This document shows positions 1-9,454 of a stretch of 64,000 bases of DNA, in pieces; position 1 is the first letter of the stretch; the number at the start of each line of letters is the position of its first letter. The DNA lies in the IMG/VR virus record IMGVR_UViG_3300035183_000733, positions 186,001-250,000 of that record; one strand, given 5' to 3'. Both the position numbers and the translations under genes were made by a program. The notes beneath the pieces were generated by a model. That model was not told where the DNA came from, did no database searches, and was given only the letters and a program-made list of their open reading frames with translations.

Positions 1-269
1 TTGGCCTCAGCATCGTTGGTCTCCCACCTCGCACGCCAAACTTCCTGTGTCGGGGATGTCTGTTGACCCAGTACTGGGAATGTGAGCGTGTCTGCTCCAG
101 GAGATCCGTATATTACGTTCTCGAGTATGAATATGTGTTCGTTTTCGTACAGGCCAATTGACACCTTGGAGAAGTACATATTGCCCTCCCAGTATCCGGT
201 CTCCTCGTTGAAGGAGAAGTTCAGGTTATTGCCGGTCTTATCGTAAAATTTCAGGTGCTTATATGACAT
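1..269 (-). CDS. Hypothetical protein, runs off the left edge (MSYKHLKFYDKTGNNLNF...), possibly structural
   Basis: Manual translation: ATG at 269, open to position 1; not in the ORF track. Confidence 0.6.
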   Translation of the reverse strand, partial: MSYKHLKFYDKTGNNLNFSFNEETGYWEGNMYFSKVSIGLYENEHIFILENVIYGSPGADTLTFPVLGQQTSPTQEVWRARWETNDAEA

Positions 270-285
270 GTATTATAATCCTTGC

Positions 286-1146
286 TTAATTATACCACTT
301 TATGTTCGGTAGTTCCATTATTTCCTTGCCCATTTCTGACAGCATCTTGCCCATGGAACTGTAAGTGAGCGCACGCCAGTGTAAAGGTGTCTTGCCCGTC
401 TTAGAGTTCAGCACGATTTTCAACCGTTCGCCGGATAGATTCTTCTCACTCATTCCGAGCGCTTTGAGCATATTCGGCTTGCTACTGAACCCGACCTTTT
501 GTGGCTTGATCTTACCGTCTTGTATTGTCAGCCTATAATAATCATCGCCAAGCAGAACCATGTTGGCATCCTGTGCATCGGTATTGTCTGCTTTTTTCCT
601 ACCGTATGATAATACTCTCTGTATCGGTATCGCGTAGAGCCTGGTCGTCCCATCCGGTTGTTTCTCCCCGGTCATTAGTATCATGCTCCCGAGTCCGGCC
701 TTCGTAAAATTCTCGTTGACATTCTCGTTCATTATCTCTGCATCATCTTGATCGAACACTGCAACCATGTTACCGTCGCGTACCGTGTGACCGTCGAACT
801 TCTGTAAACGTTCTTTGATGAACAGCGCGTCGTATCCCTGTGATATTAGCTTGGCCTTCCAATTTTTGAAAAACTCGGTATCCTTGGTGTGCTCCATTCG
901 TATTGCGTCCCACTCGTCCATAGTTATAACTTTCGGATTCTCGTAAGTCAGCTTGCATTTCATGATGTTCTCTCCGAACATCTTGGCAAGCTCTGCATCA
1001 TCAGCAAACCAAATACCGAAAGCCGATGGGCCGCTCTTAGTTTTTGACATATCAAACTTGTCAAACTTACTGTCGGTACCATGATACCAAACAGAACCAT
1101 CGGTATTCTCGGACTCAAATAAGCTATAAGTTTTTATGTGCTTCAT
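286..1146 (-). CDS. ADP-ribosyltransferase-like (ART-PolyVal-type) domain protein with internal-protein-like N-terminal tag
   Basis: WYHGT..KFDKFD....G..AFGIWFAD motif; start moved to MKHIKTYSLFES at 1146 (ATGA overlap with the upstream gene). Confidence 0.6.
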   Translation of the reverse strand: MKHIKTYSLFESENTDGSVWYHGTDSKFDKFDMSKTKSGPSAFGIWFADDAELAKMFGENIMKCKLTYENPKVITMDEWDAIRMEHTKDTEFFKNWKAKLISQGYDALFIKERLQKFDGHTVRDGNMVAVFDQDDAEIMNENVNENFTKAGLGSMILMTGEKQPDGTTRLYAIPIQRVLSYGRKKADNTDAQDANMVLLGDDYYRLTIQDGKIKPQKVGFSSKPNMLKALGMSEKNLSGERLKIVLNSKTGKTPLHWRALTYSSMGKMLSEMGKEIMELPNIKWYN

Positions 1147-2237
1147 ATCTTTGGTTTTCCCACCATTAGTTTTATGTGTTCTTTTCCGCCTATATCGCGA
1201 CCGTACCATCCGTCGCCTAGCATATCTGGGTCCGTAGGATGTTTGCCATAGAACATTATATCTTTACCTGGCATCAACTTTTTTATCTCGTCCTTGTCGT
1301 TGATGACGTTGATGTGATACTTGTTTATCAATATCTGCGCGAGCTTGCCGGACACCTCACTGTAGTAACCTATCTTAGATAAATCTTTAGCCTTATGCTC
1401 AAGATACACTTTCTTCGTGTCCTTCTGTCCGTCGTGTCCGACTCCGGAGAATTTTATACCGTATTTTGTCTTCTGTCCGAACACAATTAGATCGAGGTCG
1501 GGGCTTCCATGAATATCGACTCCGCTCCAGAAGTTCCAATCCTTGTCGGCAAAGACGTCCTCTGGCTTTTTGATTTTTGCATGACCACCTATTTCTGAGT
1601 ACGCTGTCGATATTAGATCGAAGAACTCCTTAGAAAGTTCCGGGTGTTCCTTTGGATTTATCTCCACCCACTGGTTTCTCTTCGGATCGAGTATCTCGCC
1701 AGACTTCTCGTCCATCTTAACGAGCTGCAGCACGTGTTTCTGGAATTCTTCGCGAGAAATACGGTGCTCGAGATCGTCCATTATTATCTCAGTGTTCCCG
1801 CTGTAATTATCGGCGAGCCACTTCTTCGTAATATTGGGGTCTATCCATGTATCCTTCTTGCCGAGTATAACAGTCATAGTCGGGGTGGCGCTTGCTGTTC
1901 GGTCCACTTGCACATCGGTCGATTGCTTATGCAAAGCCGGGTTGAATAATATGCCTGGAACGTTCAGCTTTCTGCACAGCCAAAACGCGAGGAACCCGCC
2001 CATCGAGTTGCCTATTATCAATGATACTTCCTTACCTTTTAAAAGATTTATTATTTGGTTGAATATGGTGGATCCTTCCCTCCTATAATCCACATGTGGC
2101 ATAATCACATTGCTGAAATGCGACGCGAGCCATTCCCCCTTATCGCCTGGATTGGAATCAAGTCCGTGCAGATATAATATAACTGGGCCGTCCTTTTGTT
2201 CGGCCTCGAATAGTCTGAAGTTTATTAGGTGTCTCAT
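1143..2237 (-). CDS. Alpha/beta hydrolase (YqiA/UPF0227-like esterase) fused to an unknown C-terminal domain
   Basis: LYLHGLDS, GNSMGG nucleophile elbow, LFNPAL. Confidence 0.7.
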   Translation of the reverse strand: MRHLINFRLFEAEQKDGPVILYLHGLDSNPGDKGEWLASHFSNVIMPHVDYRREGSTIFNQIINLLKGKEVSLIIGNSMGGFLAFWLCRKLNVPGILFNPALHKQSTDVQVDRTASATPTMTVILGKKDTWIDPNITKKWLADNYSGNTEIIMDDLEHRISREEFQKHVLQLVKMDEKSGEILDPKRNQWVEINPKEHPELSKEFFDLISTAYSEIGGHAKIKKPEDVFADKDWNFWSGVDIHGSPDLDLIVFGQKTKYGIKFSGVGHDGQKDTKKVYLEHKAKDLSKIGYYSEVSGKLAQILINKYHINVINDKDEIKKLMPGKDIMFYGKHPTDPDMLGDGWYGRDIGGKEHIKLMVGKPKI

Positions 2238-2240
2238 TGT

Positions 2241-3095
2241 TTATTTATTTGTATCTACGAACACGAACTCTATGTCAGATCCCGTCATCTCCGCTTTCAT
2301 CGATGGGTTGTCGTCATAGTGTCTTATAGAACCGAGCTTCTCAAGGAACGGTCTCTTCGGCCTATCATTGGTGCATATAATTCCATCCACTGGGAGGTTA
2401 TTCTCTTTTACGAATTGTTTAACCCATGGGTTTGGCCCGCCGTTCGGCATAGAATCTCTGGCAGTGACTATGTATATCGTGTGAGTCTTTGCCTCCTCGC
2501 GCATCTTGTCAATCATCTCGTCATTCGGAGTCCACAGTTCCGGACTCGGCAGAGGGTGTATTGTACCAGGGTAGATCCCAGTATGGAGCACACCATCAAA
2601 GTCGAATGTGACCACCGACTTTTTATTCTCCGATTCGTACACAAGCTGCCTGCTTATGTGTATTGTTTTCTTATCTCCCATCAGTTCCCATTTATATGTG
2701 TCTGGTAAATCCTTTATCATCATCTTGTATATGCGGTCCCTCTTAGAAGGTCCGTTGTCATCATCGTCCTTGACACCTATGAACTCCACCTCGTACTCCA
2801 CCTCGTACTCCGCATTCTCATCGAGAAACGCAATAACAATATCGAGAACCGTTGCGAGCACTCTCATAGCGTTGTCGGCATTACCGAACCCGGTGGCGTT
2901 GACTCCGTACTTATCGGACTCGAACGTCACCTTGTACGTGTTGTCGTACCCGCTCGACATGAACTCGACGAAGTATCTGTCGTCATCCGAATTGAACGTC
3001 GCGACCCTATTGGTGGTAGCAGGGATGGTCGTCCACTTCCACATGTATGGATTGGCGTTCATCTCGAACAGATTGTATGCGGTGAGGTGCCTCAT
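2241..3095 (-). CDS. Two-domain protein with C-terminal HAD-family phosphatase
   Basis: TFDFDGVL motif I, IVTAR motif II, HYDD motif IV. Confidence 0.65.
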   Translation of the reverse strand: MRHLTAYNLFEMNANPYMWKWTTIPATTNRVATFNSDDDRYFVEFMSSGYDNTYKVTFESDKYGVNATGFGNADNAMRVLATVLDIVIAFLDENAEYEVEYEVEFIGVKDDDDNGPSKRDRIYKMMIKDLPDTYKWELMGDKKTIHISRQLVYESENKKSVVTFDFDGVLHTGIYPGTIHPLPSPELWTPNDEMIDKMREEAKTHTIYIVTARDSMPNGGPNPWVKQFVKENNLPVDGIICTNDRPKRPFLEKLGSIRHYDDNPSMKAEMTGSDIEFVFVDTNK

Positions 3096-3340
3096 TAGTT
3101 CTTGTCGCGGTAGTTCTTGGGTACTATGTAGTTGGCGTGGTTCTTTATGGTCTTCACGCGCTCGATCAGCTCGTATACCACGTCTTCGAGGTACGTGAGT
3201 ATCTGTGTTCGCTTCTCCTCTGCGAACAGGAATTTGGACATAGTCCTCTCGAAGAGCCTGCCCTTGTAGTTGAATCCCTTGTGTAGAACGCGGCGCTTCC
3301 TGCTCTCCGCTATGTCGTATAAACTTTGCTTAAGCGGCAT
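3095..3340 (-). CDS. Hypothetical protein
   Basis: 81-aa ORF overlapping both neighbours in operon fashion. Confidence 0.5.
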   Translation of the reverse strand: MPLKQSLYDIAESRKRRVLHKGFNYKGRLFERTMSKFLFAEEKRTQILTYLEDVVYELIERVKTIKNHANYIVPKNYRDKN

Positions 3341-3881
3341 TTTGTACTATCGGCATTTTTGTTTGGTTCCTGTCGGCGTCTGAGTATATAAACTCTTTCG
3401 GCTTCACTTTGTACAATAGACCGTTAAAAAGCGCAACGTACTTCTGCCCGAGCCCTGGCTTCAGGTATGCGAGCGTGCAGTGAGGTTTGTAGTCTGGATA
3501 CTCGTTTGTGTGTGGCAGTTCCTTCAGCTCTCTGTTAGTGGCATGCAGCCAATCCCCGATGGCATCGAACTTTAGCACGTCGAACTTGTCGTTGGAGAAT
3601 ACTGAAACGGGCCCGAGCGTTATGTCGCCGCAGCCGTCCTCGCCCATGCAATTGCGCATGCACGCGAAGGCTTGTTCCGCCGTGACCTCGTCCTGGTGAA
3701 GGCCGAACAGCAGCGTTACGTGCGGCTCATCCTCGAATCCTTTCTCGTCGAGGTCCTCCTTGTCTATGGCAGAGTGCAGCGTCTTGAGAAGTGGCACGTC
3801 GAATGATACGAGCGCGCACGCGAGCTTCTTCTCACTATTCTCGCTCTCAAAGAGCCCGGCGTATGTCTTTAGAAATCTCAT
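3330..3881 (-). CDS. 2H phosphoesterase, Acb1/T4 gp57B-like
   Basis: Two HxT motifs (PHVTL, PHCTLAY); YPDYKPH resembles FDDYTPHITL of T4 57B. Confidence 0.7.
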   Translation of the reverse strand: MRFLKTYAGLFESENSEKKLACALVSFDVPLLKTLHSAIDKEDLDEKGFEDEPHVTLLFGLHQDEVTAEQAFACMRNCMGEDGCGDITLGPVSVFSNDKFDVLKFDAIGDWLHATNRELKELPHTNEYPDYKPHCTLAYLKPGLGQKYVALFNGLLYKVKPKEFIYSDADRNQTKMPIVQNAA

Positions 3882-5611
3882 TATCCTCTAAGATTAGATT
3901 TGGTGTTCTGGTTTACCCCCGTGTTGTACGTCTTCGGTATGACCTTCTTGATGACGATGTTAACCGAGCTCGGTACCTCGTCGTCTACGTCCTTCTCGTA
4001 TGTTATGCCTCTCCTGTCGGTCCATCCTCCGCGCACTATGGCGAGCTCGCCCGGCTGTATGAGTATGTCGCCGAACTCGTCAATGCGAGGCGGCTCCAAG
4101 TTGGCGGTCGAGCTCCTTCCCGACGTCAGCGAAAGCTGATACTGGCGCTCGTCTATCTCTGACACTATCGAGATGTTGACCGAGTCTATCCCCGGTATGT
4201 TCTCCAATATTGAGATGAGGTCGGAGCGCGGGATACGGTCCCTTCGCCTGATGTTCAAGAAGTAGTCGCTCAGCTTCTCTATGACGTCCTGCTTTATTAT
4301 ATCCTGCGGGATGTCGTCAAAAACTATCAGCGCTATGTTTATGACGAACCTGCTTATCTTGGGGTCCACTATCTGCAGCTCGGTGCTCACTATCTTCTGC
4401 CCGGATCTCTCAAACAACGTCAGCACCTTCTCCTTCTGGAAGTCGTTGAGTGTGAACCTCGACTCGTCTATGTTGAAGTAGTTCTCGTTAGACTTCAGCT
4501 TCTTCTTGACGTCTGGCACGAGGAACAGGTAGATTATCTTGTCGTCGGTCAGGTCCGCATCATTCGGCGTGGTGTACGCGTCTATGATGGAGAACTGGTT
4601 GAACTTCTCGAGGAACACGATGCAGTGGTCCTCGTTAGCGAGCGTGTACGACCTGGAAGTCTTCGGCGCTATGAGCCTGGTGAGCTCGAGCAGCTCCGGG
4701 TTGGACCCAAAGTCCGGTGCGTTGATACTCCTGACTGTCAGAAGTTCGTTTAGGTCGAGCTCCTCACCGTACAGATTGTACCCTACGTCGTCCCACTTGT
4801 ACACGGCCTCCTCGTCTGTGGCGAGCACGAGGTTACCGTTGAGACCGGATGACACCACGTACTCGACGAGTATCTCGGCGCCGAGCTCAGGCATCTTGCC
4901 GAAGTGACCGTTGCCGAATATAACGTCTATACCGGAATTTATGCCAGTCTTGACAAGGCATCCTTTAGCCTCGCGCGGCATGTCGTACATTGAGTCGTAC
5001 AGCTTCCACTTCTCCCCGTTGACGTACACGTTGACACGATAGTGTTCAACGAGCACTGTCTGGTTGAAGTTGGGAGAGAACGACTGTAATGGCTTGCCCG
5101 TACCGGTAGTGCTCTGCGATTCGAGCAGGCCCTGGATTATGTTCACTGGCGTGCCGTTCTTCGACCCGTCCAGAGGTATGCGCACCTCGTCGCCAGGTAG
5201 GTCGAGCATGTATGTCTGGCCGTTGTTCACACACTTTATCTTGGTCCAGTTCGGCAGTATGACGGTGCCCCCCGGTATGTCTATGTCCGCCCCGGCCTTT
5301 ATCGAGAGACCGATCTCGCCGACGGCAGAGATCGCCCTCGTAGAGTTGTGCCCGGCGAGACGCGCAAGACCGGTGACCGAGTTGGCCCTGGTAGCCGTGT
5401 TAATGTTTAGCTCGGTTATGGAGTCCTCAATGTAGTACAGTATCATCTGCGCCAGGTTGTGCAGGACAAAGATTATCTGGCCATAAGCGGATGCTACCGT
5501 GAAGTTGGTCCTGCTCTGGCGGAACTTGTCGACGGTGAAGTTTATCGAGTCCTCGATGAGCAGTTCTATCGCGAGTCGGTTCTTCTTGAATATGCTTGGT
5601 TGCTCTGCCAT
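3881..5611 (-). CDS. Baseplate wedge protein (T4 gp6-like)
   Basis: LARLAGHN, IFGNGHFGKMP and IDSVNI motifs of the baseplate J/gp6 family; length 576 aa. Confidence 0.75.
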   Translation of the reverse strand: MAEQPSIFKKNRLAIELLIEDSINFTVDKFRQSRTNFTVASAYGQIIFVLHNLAQMILYYIEDSITELNINTATRANSVTGLARLAGHNSTRAISAVGEIGLSIKAGADIDIPGGTVILPNWTKIKCVNNGQTYMLDLPGDEVRIPLDGSKNGTPVNIIQGLLESQSTTGTGKPLQSFSPNFNQTVLVEHYRVNVYVNGEKWKLYDSMYDMPREAKGCLVKTGINSGIDVIFGNGHFGKMPELGAEILVEYVVSSGLNGNLVLATDEEAVYKWDDVGYNLYGEELDLNELLTVRSINAPDFGSNPELLELTRLIAPKTSRSYTLANEDHCIVFLEKFNQFSIIDAYTTPNDADLTDDKIIYLFLVPDVKKKLKSNENYFNIDESRFTLNDFQKEKVLTLFERSGQKIVSTELQIVDPKISRFVINIALIVFDDIPQDIIKQDVIEKLSDYFLNIRRRDRIPRSDLISILENIPGIDSVNISIVSEIDERQYQLSLTSGRSSTANLEPPRIDEFGDILIQPGELAIVRGGWTDRRGITYEKDVDDEVPSSVNIVIKKVIPKTYNTGVNQNTKSNLRG

Positions 5612-5633
5612 CCTAAATGCGGTTCTATTTTCT

Positions 5634-5641
5634 TATATATC
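5634..5641 (-). promoter_or_regulatory. GATATATA putative late promoter
   Basis: Recurrent intergenic octamer, 22 nt upstream of the baseplate gene ATG. Confidence 0.6.
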
Positions 5642-5647
5642 ACTAAT

Positions 5648-5681
5648 AAAAAAGCCCGCCGTTTAAATGGGCGGGCTTTTT
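5648..5681. terminator. Bidirectional intrinsic terminator
   Basis: A6-GCCCGCC-loop-GGCGGGC-T5. Confidence 0.75.
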
Positions 5682-5811
5682 AACTTCAAAATTTACTCTT
5701 ATTTAGCGGCTATCTGCGGTGTCGTTTTTTGTGTACTCGCCCTTCTTGGCTTCCACGTAATCTACCACGGCCTTTGCTGCCGCGACTATGCCCCTCAGGT
5801 GTGTTTCATTG

Positions 5812-6183
5812 TTATTCTGGTTTTTGTTCGAGGACCGCGTCGAGTCCCTCCTGGTTCGGGCTTATCTCGTCGGTCTCGATCTTCTGGATCTTCTTGAGGC
5901 TCGCGACGTACGCTTTGGTAGAGTTCAGAACCTTCCCCTTGCCCTCCTGGTCCATGCCGAGCACCTTCTGGATGAACTTAGACTTATCGCGCTCCTTGTC
6001 GAAGTGCGAGTAAAGCGAATACGCAGCATTGAGTATGGCCTTCCTGACCGGCGTATCCTTGTCCCCAAAGTCTGCCACCTTAGCATCTTCCACGAACTTG
6101 ATGTCCTGCGGATCGACAGTGATGAACCTGGATATAAGCGACTCGTTCAGTTCGAAATCGGATATGTCCTTGATCTTGCGCAT
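5812..6183 (-). CDS. Hypothetical tagged protein (MRKIKDISDFELNES); probably extends to 5703 after correcting a +1 indel in an A-run near 5824
   Basis: The alternative frame continues NQNNNETHLRGIVAAAKAVVDYVEAKK...* to 5703. Confidence 0.6.
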   Translation of the reverse strand: MRKIKDISDFELNESLISRFITVDPQDIKFVEDAKVADFGDKDTPVRKAILNAAYSLYSHFDKERDKSKFIQKVLGMDQEGKGKVLNSTKAYVASLKKIQKIETDEISPNQEGLDAVLEQKPE

Positions 6184-6684
6184 TTACTTGAGCCTTGTTG
6201 CTTGTCCTGATAGTTCTTTGAGGATGGACTGGATTGCATCAACTATCATCTCGCGACGATCGTCCTCCATGTCATCGATGCCGTTGTCGGTGCAGATCTT
6301 GTCGAACGCCTCCTGCAATATCGTTCCATTTATTCCCCCATCCCTGTCGCTGGCCTTTGACATCTCGAACGCCTCGGCTATGATTGCCTTAGCGTGCTCC
6401 TCCGCGATGTCACCAACGTCGAGGTCCATCTCGTATCCCTCACCGATCATCTTGGTCTTGTACTGGTTGAGCTCTTCCTGGGTCTTGTAAAATGAGCCAA
6501 CGTTAGGTCCGGCCACTTCCTTCCAGCCTTTGCTTTCCTTGACGATCTTTATCTTCTTAGGCTCGTCAAGCGTGTTTGAGTAGTGATCGTCCACAACCTG
6601 GTCGCCCTTCTCAATCTTTACCTTGTTCTTGAGGAACTCCTCGAAGGACATGGTCTTTCTCTTTTTTACGTTGTTGTTATCCAT
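6184..6684 (-). CDS. Hypothetical protein
   Basis: 166-aa ORF; KTMSFEEFLK tag-like motif; GATATATA at 6706-6713 upstream. Confidence 0.6.
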   Translation of the reverse strand: MDNNNVKKRKTMSFEEFLKNKVKIEKGDQVVDDHYSNTLDEPKKIKIVKESKGWKEVAGPNVGSFYKTQEELNQYKTKMIGEGYEMDLDVGDIAEEHAKAIIAEAFEMSKASDRDGGINGTILQEAFDKICTDNGIDDMEDDRREMIVDAIQSILKELSGQATRLK

Positions 6685-6704
6685 ATTGAACGGGTTTGTT
6701 TGAT

Positions 6705-7640
6705 TTATATATCGAAGCTGTCTATGCTTTTTATGTGAATTCCCTCGTATATATTACTCGTCCCCGGGTCGAACCTGCCGTTGTTGTCGACGCTCTTTAT
6801 GTTCTTCGAGTCGAATACGCAGTACTGGCTCACCCTGGAGTTCTTACTCGGTGCGTCGTACCGGGTATCTACTATGGCAAAACCGTCGTGCTGGCTGTCG
6901 GTCAGCTCCTTCAATAGCTTAAGGTTTGCCTCCTTCTTGTTAGTGTTGATGTACCTCTCGAGCCATGCGCCAGGCTTCCCCTTCTGACCGTTTATGTATT
7001 CTGTGTATTTGTCCCTGTAGTTCATGAACTGCTCGAATGAATCCGTGTGCTTCAGCAGCCTGATCTGGTCGTGCAGGTCCTTCATCTGCCTCTCTATCTT
7101 GTAGAACTTCTCGCGCTTGTCTGGCGTCATATCGTTGACTGACCAGCCGAGTGAGACCTTGTCCACGTTCAAGTCGTGTATTGTCTGCTCCAGTGCGTCT
7201 ATCTCTGATTGGTTGAACAGAGCCGGCTTGAATACCTTGGGGTTCCTCATGTTTAGGAACACCTCGTAGATGCCACCCTTAGACGAATTGAACATGAATT
7301 CCTTTGCCACGCGCAGGTCGTTCGTGAACCAGATGCCGAGGTCGTTCGTCTCGTTGTCAGTCGCCCTTGCCATCTTGTAGTCATTCATGAACTCCTTGAA
7401 TCCAAATGACGGAGTTCCGTGGTACACGACCATGGGCTCGCCGTTCTTGTCCACAACCTTGCTCGAGTTCTCCGGGTCGTTCTCCCAGTCACCGAACCAG
7501 GTCTTGAACTCCGGCGTACGGACCATCGCGTGCAAATTCGCGGGCAGGGAGGACTTCTTGCCGTTCGGTGCTTTCAAAGCAGCGTCGAGCGCGGTCTCAC
7601 CAGGCCCCCCGAATTCTGATATGTCCTTCAGTTTCTTCAT
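6705..7640 (-). CDS. ADP-ribosyltransferase-like (ART-PolyVal-type) protein
   Basis: FKTWFGDWE...SKVVDKNGEPMVVYHGT, GIWFT, YEVFLNMRNP, VFDSKNIKSVDNNGRFD. Confidence 0.7.
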   Translation of the reverse strand: MKKLKDISEFGGPGETALDAALKAPNGKKSSLPANLHAMVRTPEFKTWFGDWENDPENSSKVVDKNGEPMVVYHGTPSFGFKEFMNDYKMARATDNETNDLGIWFTNDLRVAKEFMFNSSKGGIYEVFLNMRNPKVFKPALFNQSEIDALEQTIHDLNVDKVSLGWSVNDMTPDKREKFYKIERQMKDLHDQIRLLKHTDSFEQFMNYRDKYTEYINGQKGKPGAWLERYINTNKKEANLKLLKELTDSQHDGFAIVDTRYDAPSKNSRVSQYCVFDSKNIKSVDNNGRFDPGTSNIYEGIHIKSIDSFDI

Positions 7641-7661
7641 TTATTTGTAAGTTGCGCTGGA

Positions 7662-8024
7662 TTATTTTATCAGCACGCCGAACGCCGGCCTGTTGTTTAT
7701 GTATATGTCTATCAGGCACATGTCCCTGACCGTGCCCCTTGCGAACTTTACGTCGAAGTCGACGCTGTAGTTTACGGACCTCGGTATGAACTTGAGTGTC
7801 TGGTCCCTCAGCATTTGCCTCAGCGAGTACTCGTTCAGACCGAAGGTGAAGAGCATCTCCTCGAGGTTGGCGCCAAAGTCAGGCGCGCCGAGCACCTCAC
7901 CGCGGTTGGTATACAACATCATTTTAATTTCCGCGATCAAGGCCTCCATTTCGTCACTTATTTCGAGGATGCCTTCTTTGTAATTCGGATCCGTGGCAGG
8001 ATCCCTCATGTAAAGATCCCTCAT
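7662..8024 (-). CDS. Baseplate gp25-like protein
   Basis: MLYTNRGEVLGAPDFGANLEEMLF gp25/GPW motif. Confidence 0.75.
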   Translation of the reverse strand: MRDLYMRDPATDPNYKEGILEISDEMEALIAEIKMMLYTNRGEVLGAPDFGANLEEMLFTFGLNEYSLRQMLRDQTLKFIPRSVNYSVDFDVKFARGTVRDMCLIDIYINNRPAFGVLIK

Positions 8025-8191
8025 TATACTGATATATTATTTTTCCACTTTCGAGCAACTAAGTTATCTTGATCATCTGAGCCACTCATTGAGCGCATAA
8101 CAATATGGTGAGACTCATAGTAAACATCATCCATAAGAATTCTGTTCTCCCGAGTCTCGATAAGATTGTTATATGCCTTTAGATAATCCAT
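8024..8191 (-). pseudogene. Truncated HNH homing endonuclease remnant (55 aa)
   Basis: Manual translation MDYLKAYNNLIE...YYESHHIVMRSMSGSDDQDNLV then terminates; AT-rich; not in the ORF track. Confidence 0.65.
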
Positions 8192-8200
8192 GTAATAATG

Positions 8201-8623
8201 TTACTCCTCTGTATTTTCGGCTTTCTTGCCCTTGATCTCGTCAGCTGGTTCCTTTGGCTCATCCTCGATGGCCGCGAGCTTGTCGTAGTACTTAGGATCT
8301 TCCATCAGGTGGTCGAGCGCTATCTCGCACGCGACCTTCTCGTCGTCTGTGTGCTCGAGCTCAACCTTCTTGCCCCTTTCGAGCTGGACGTTTACCTCCT
8401 CCACAGAGACGTTGTGCTTTGACGCCACGTCGGCAGCGGTCTTGCCCGATGCGAGTCCACCTGGTATTTCCTCCCGCGGTGCTGCAGCAGCTACGGCTTC
8501 GGCACCCGGGATTTCGGCCGTCTGCGTTTGTTCGCCGCCCGCGCCCGCGAGGCCCTGGTCGACGAGTTCGTTCTCGTCGAGCCACTCGTTGAATCTCATA
8601 ACCTTTTTGTTCATCTTGTCCAT
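8201..8623 (-). CDS. DUF5661-like protein
   Basis: GKKVELEHTDD..VACEIALDHLMEDPKYYDKL. Confidence 0.65.
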   Translation of the reverse strand: MDKMNKKVMRFNEWLDENELVDQGLAGAGGEQTQTAEIPGAEAVAAAAPREEIPGGLASGKTAADVASKHNVSVEEVNVQLERGKKVELEHTDDEKVACEIALDHLMEDPKYYDKLAAIEDEPKEPADEIKGKKAENTEE

Positions 8624-8626
8624 TAT

Positions 8627-8944
8627 TTAGTCGGTTGTTTGTACCGGGGCTGATTGCGCTATCTCGATAACGTCCGTCTCCGACAGCTTCTTTTTCTTCT
8701 CTATCAGGTACTTCCTGAGTCCGGTGACGTCGTCGGGTGTGGACATTCCGCCGTCCTCGAGTATCTTGGGTGTTATCGTGAACACACACTTGCCGTCGCC
8801 GTCCCTGACCTCGCCGGAGAACCCCTCGGTGCTGCTGTCGAACATATACAGATAGTACGTGTTGCCTGATCCGCCCGTCTTTTCCGGGTATGGATCGGCG
8901 AAGTTCTCCACGATGAAGCTCTCGAATGTCTTAAGTCTTTTCAT
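8627..8944 (-). CDS. Hypothetical tagged protein (MKRLKTFESFIVEN)
   Basis: Start moved to the ATG at 8944, downstream of GATATATA at 8965-8972. Confidence 0.6.
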   Translation of the reverse strand: MKRLKTFESFIVENFADPYPEKTGGSGNTYYLYMFDSSTEGFSGEVRDGDGKCVFTITPKILEDGGMSTPDDVTGLRKYLIEKKKKLSETDVIEIAQSAPVQTTD

Positions 8945-9000
8945 CCTGTCGGAAGTAGTTTTTTTATATATCACAGATTTTTATTATCTTCGTACCAATT

Positions 9001-9453
9001 ATGGCAGACAACAACATACGATTCGAGAACCGCAAGGCGAAGTTCGAGTACGAATTCATAGAGGAGTACGAGGCCGGCATCATGCTGGTGGGCACGGAAA
9101 TCAAGTCTATACGCCAGGGCCACGCGAGCATAAACGAGGCGTACGCCTACATAGACGGGGGCGAGGTGTTCATCAAGGGGATGCGGGTGGACCCGCTCCA
9201 GGATGCCGCGGACAACCACGACCCATTGAGAGTTAGGAAGTTACTGCTGAACAAGACCGAAATAAAGAGGATTGCCGGCAAGCTCATAAAGGGCACTACC
9301 GTGGTGGTGAAGTCGATGTACCTCAACCAGAGGGGAATCTGCAAGCTCGGTATAGCCGTTGCCAAGGGCAAGAAGCTCCACGACAAGCGCGAGACGATAA
9401 AGAACCGCGAGGCGGATAGAGAGATGAACCGCTTAAATAAGCATAACCAGTAA
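9001..9453 (+). CDS. smpB: SsrA-binding protein
   Basis: NRKAKFEYEFIE.YEAGI.LVGTEIKSIR, RKLLL, KGKKLHDKRETIK.RE. Confidence 0.95.
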   Translation: MADNNIRFENRKAKFEYEFIEEYEAGIMLVGTEIKSIRQGHASINEAYAYIDGGEVFIKGMRVDPLQDAADNHDPLRVRKLLLNKTEIKRIAGKLIKGTTVVVKSMYLNQRGICKLGIAVAKGKKLHDKRETIKNREADREMNRLNKHNQ

Positions 9454-9454
9454 G

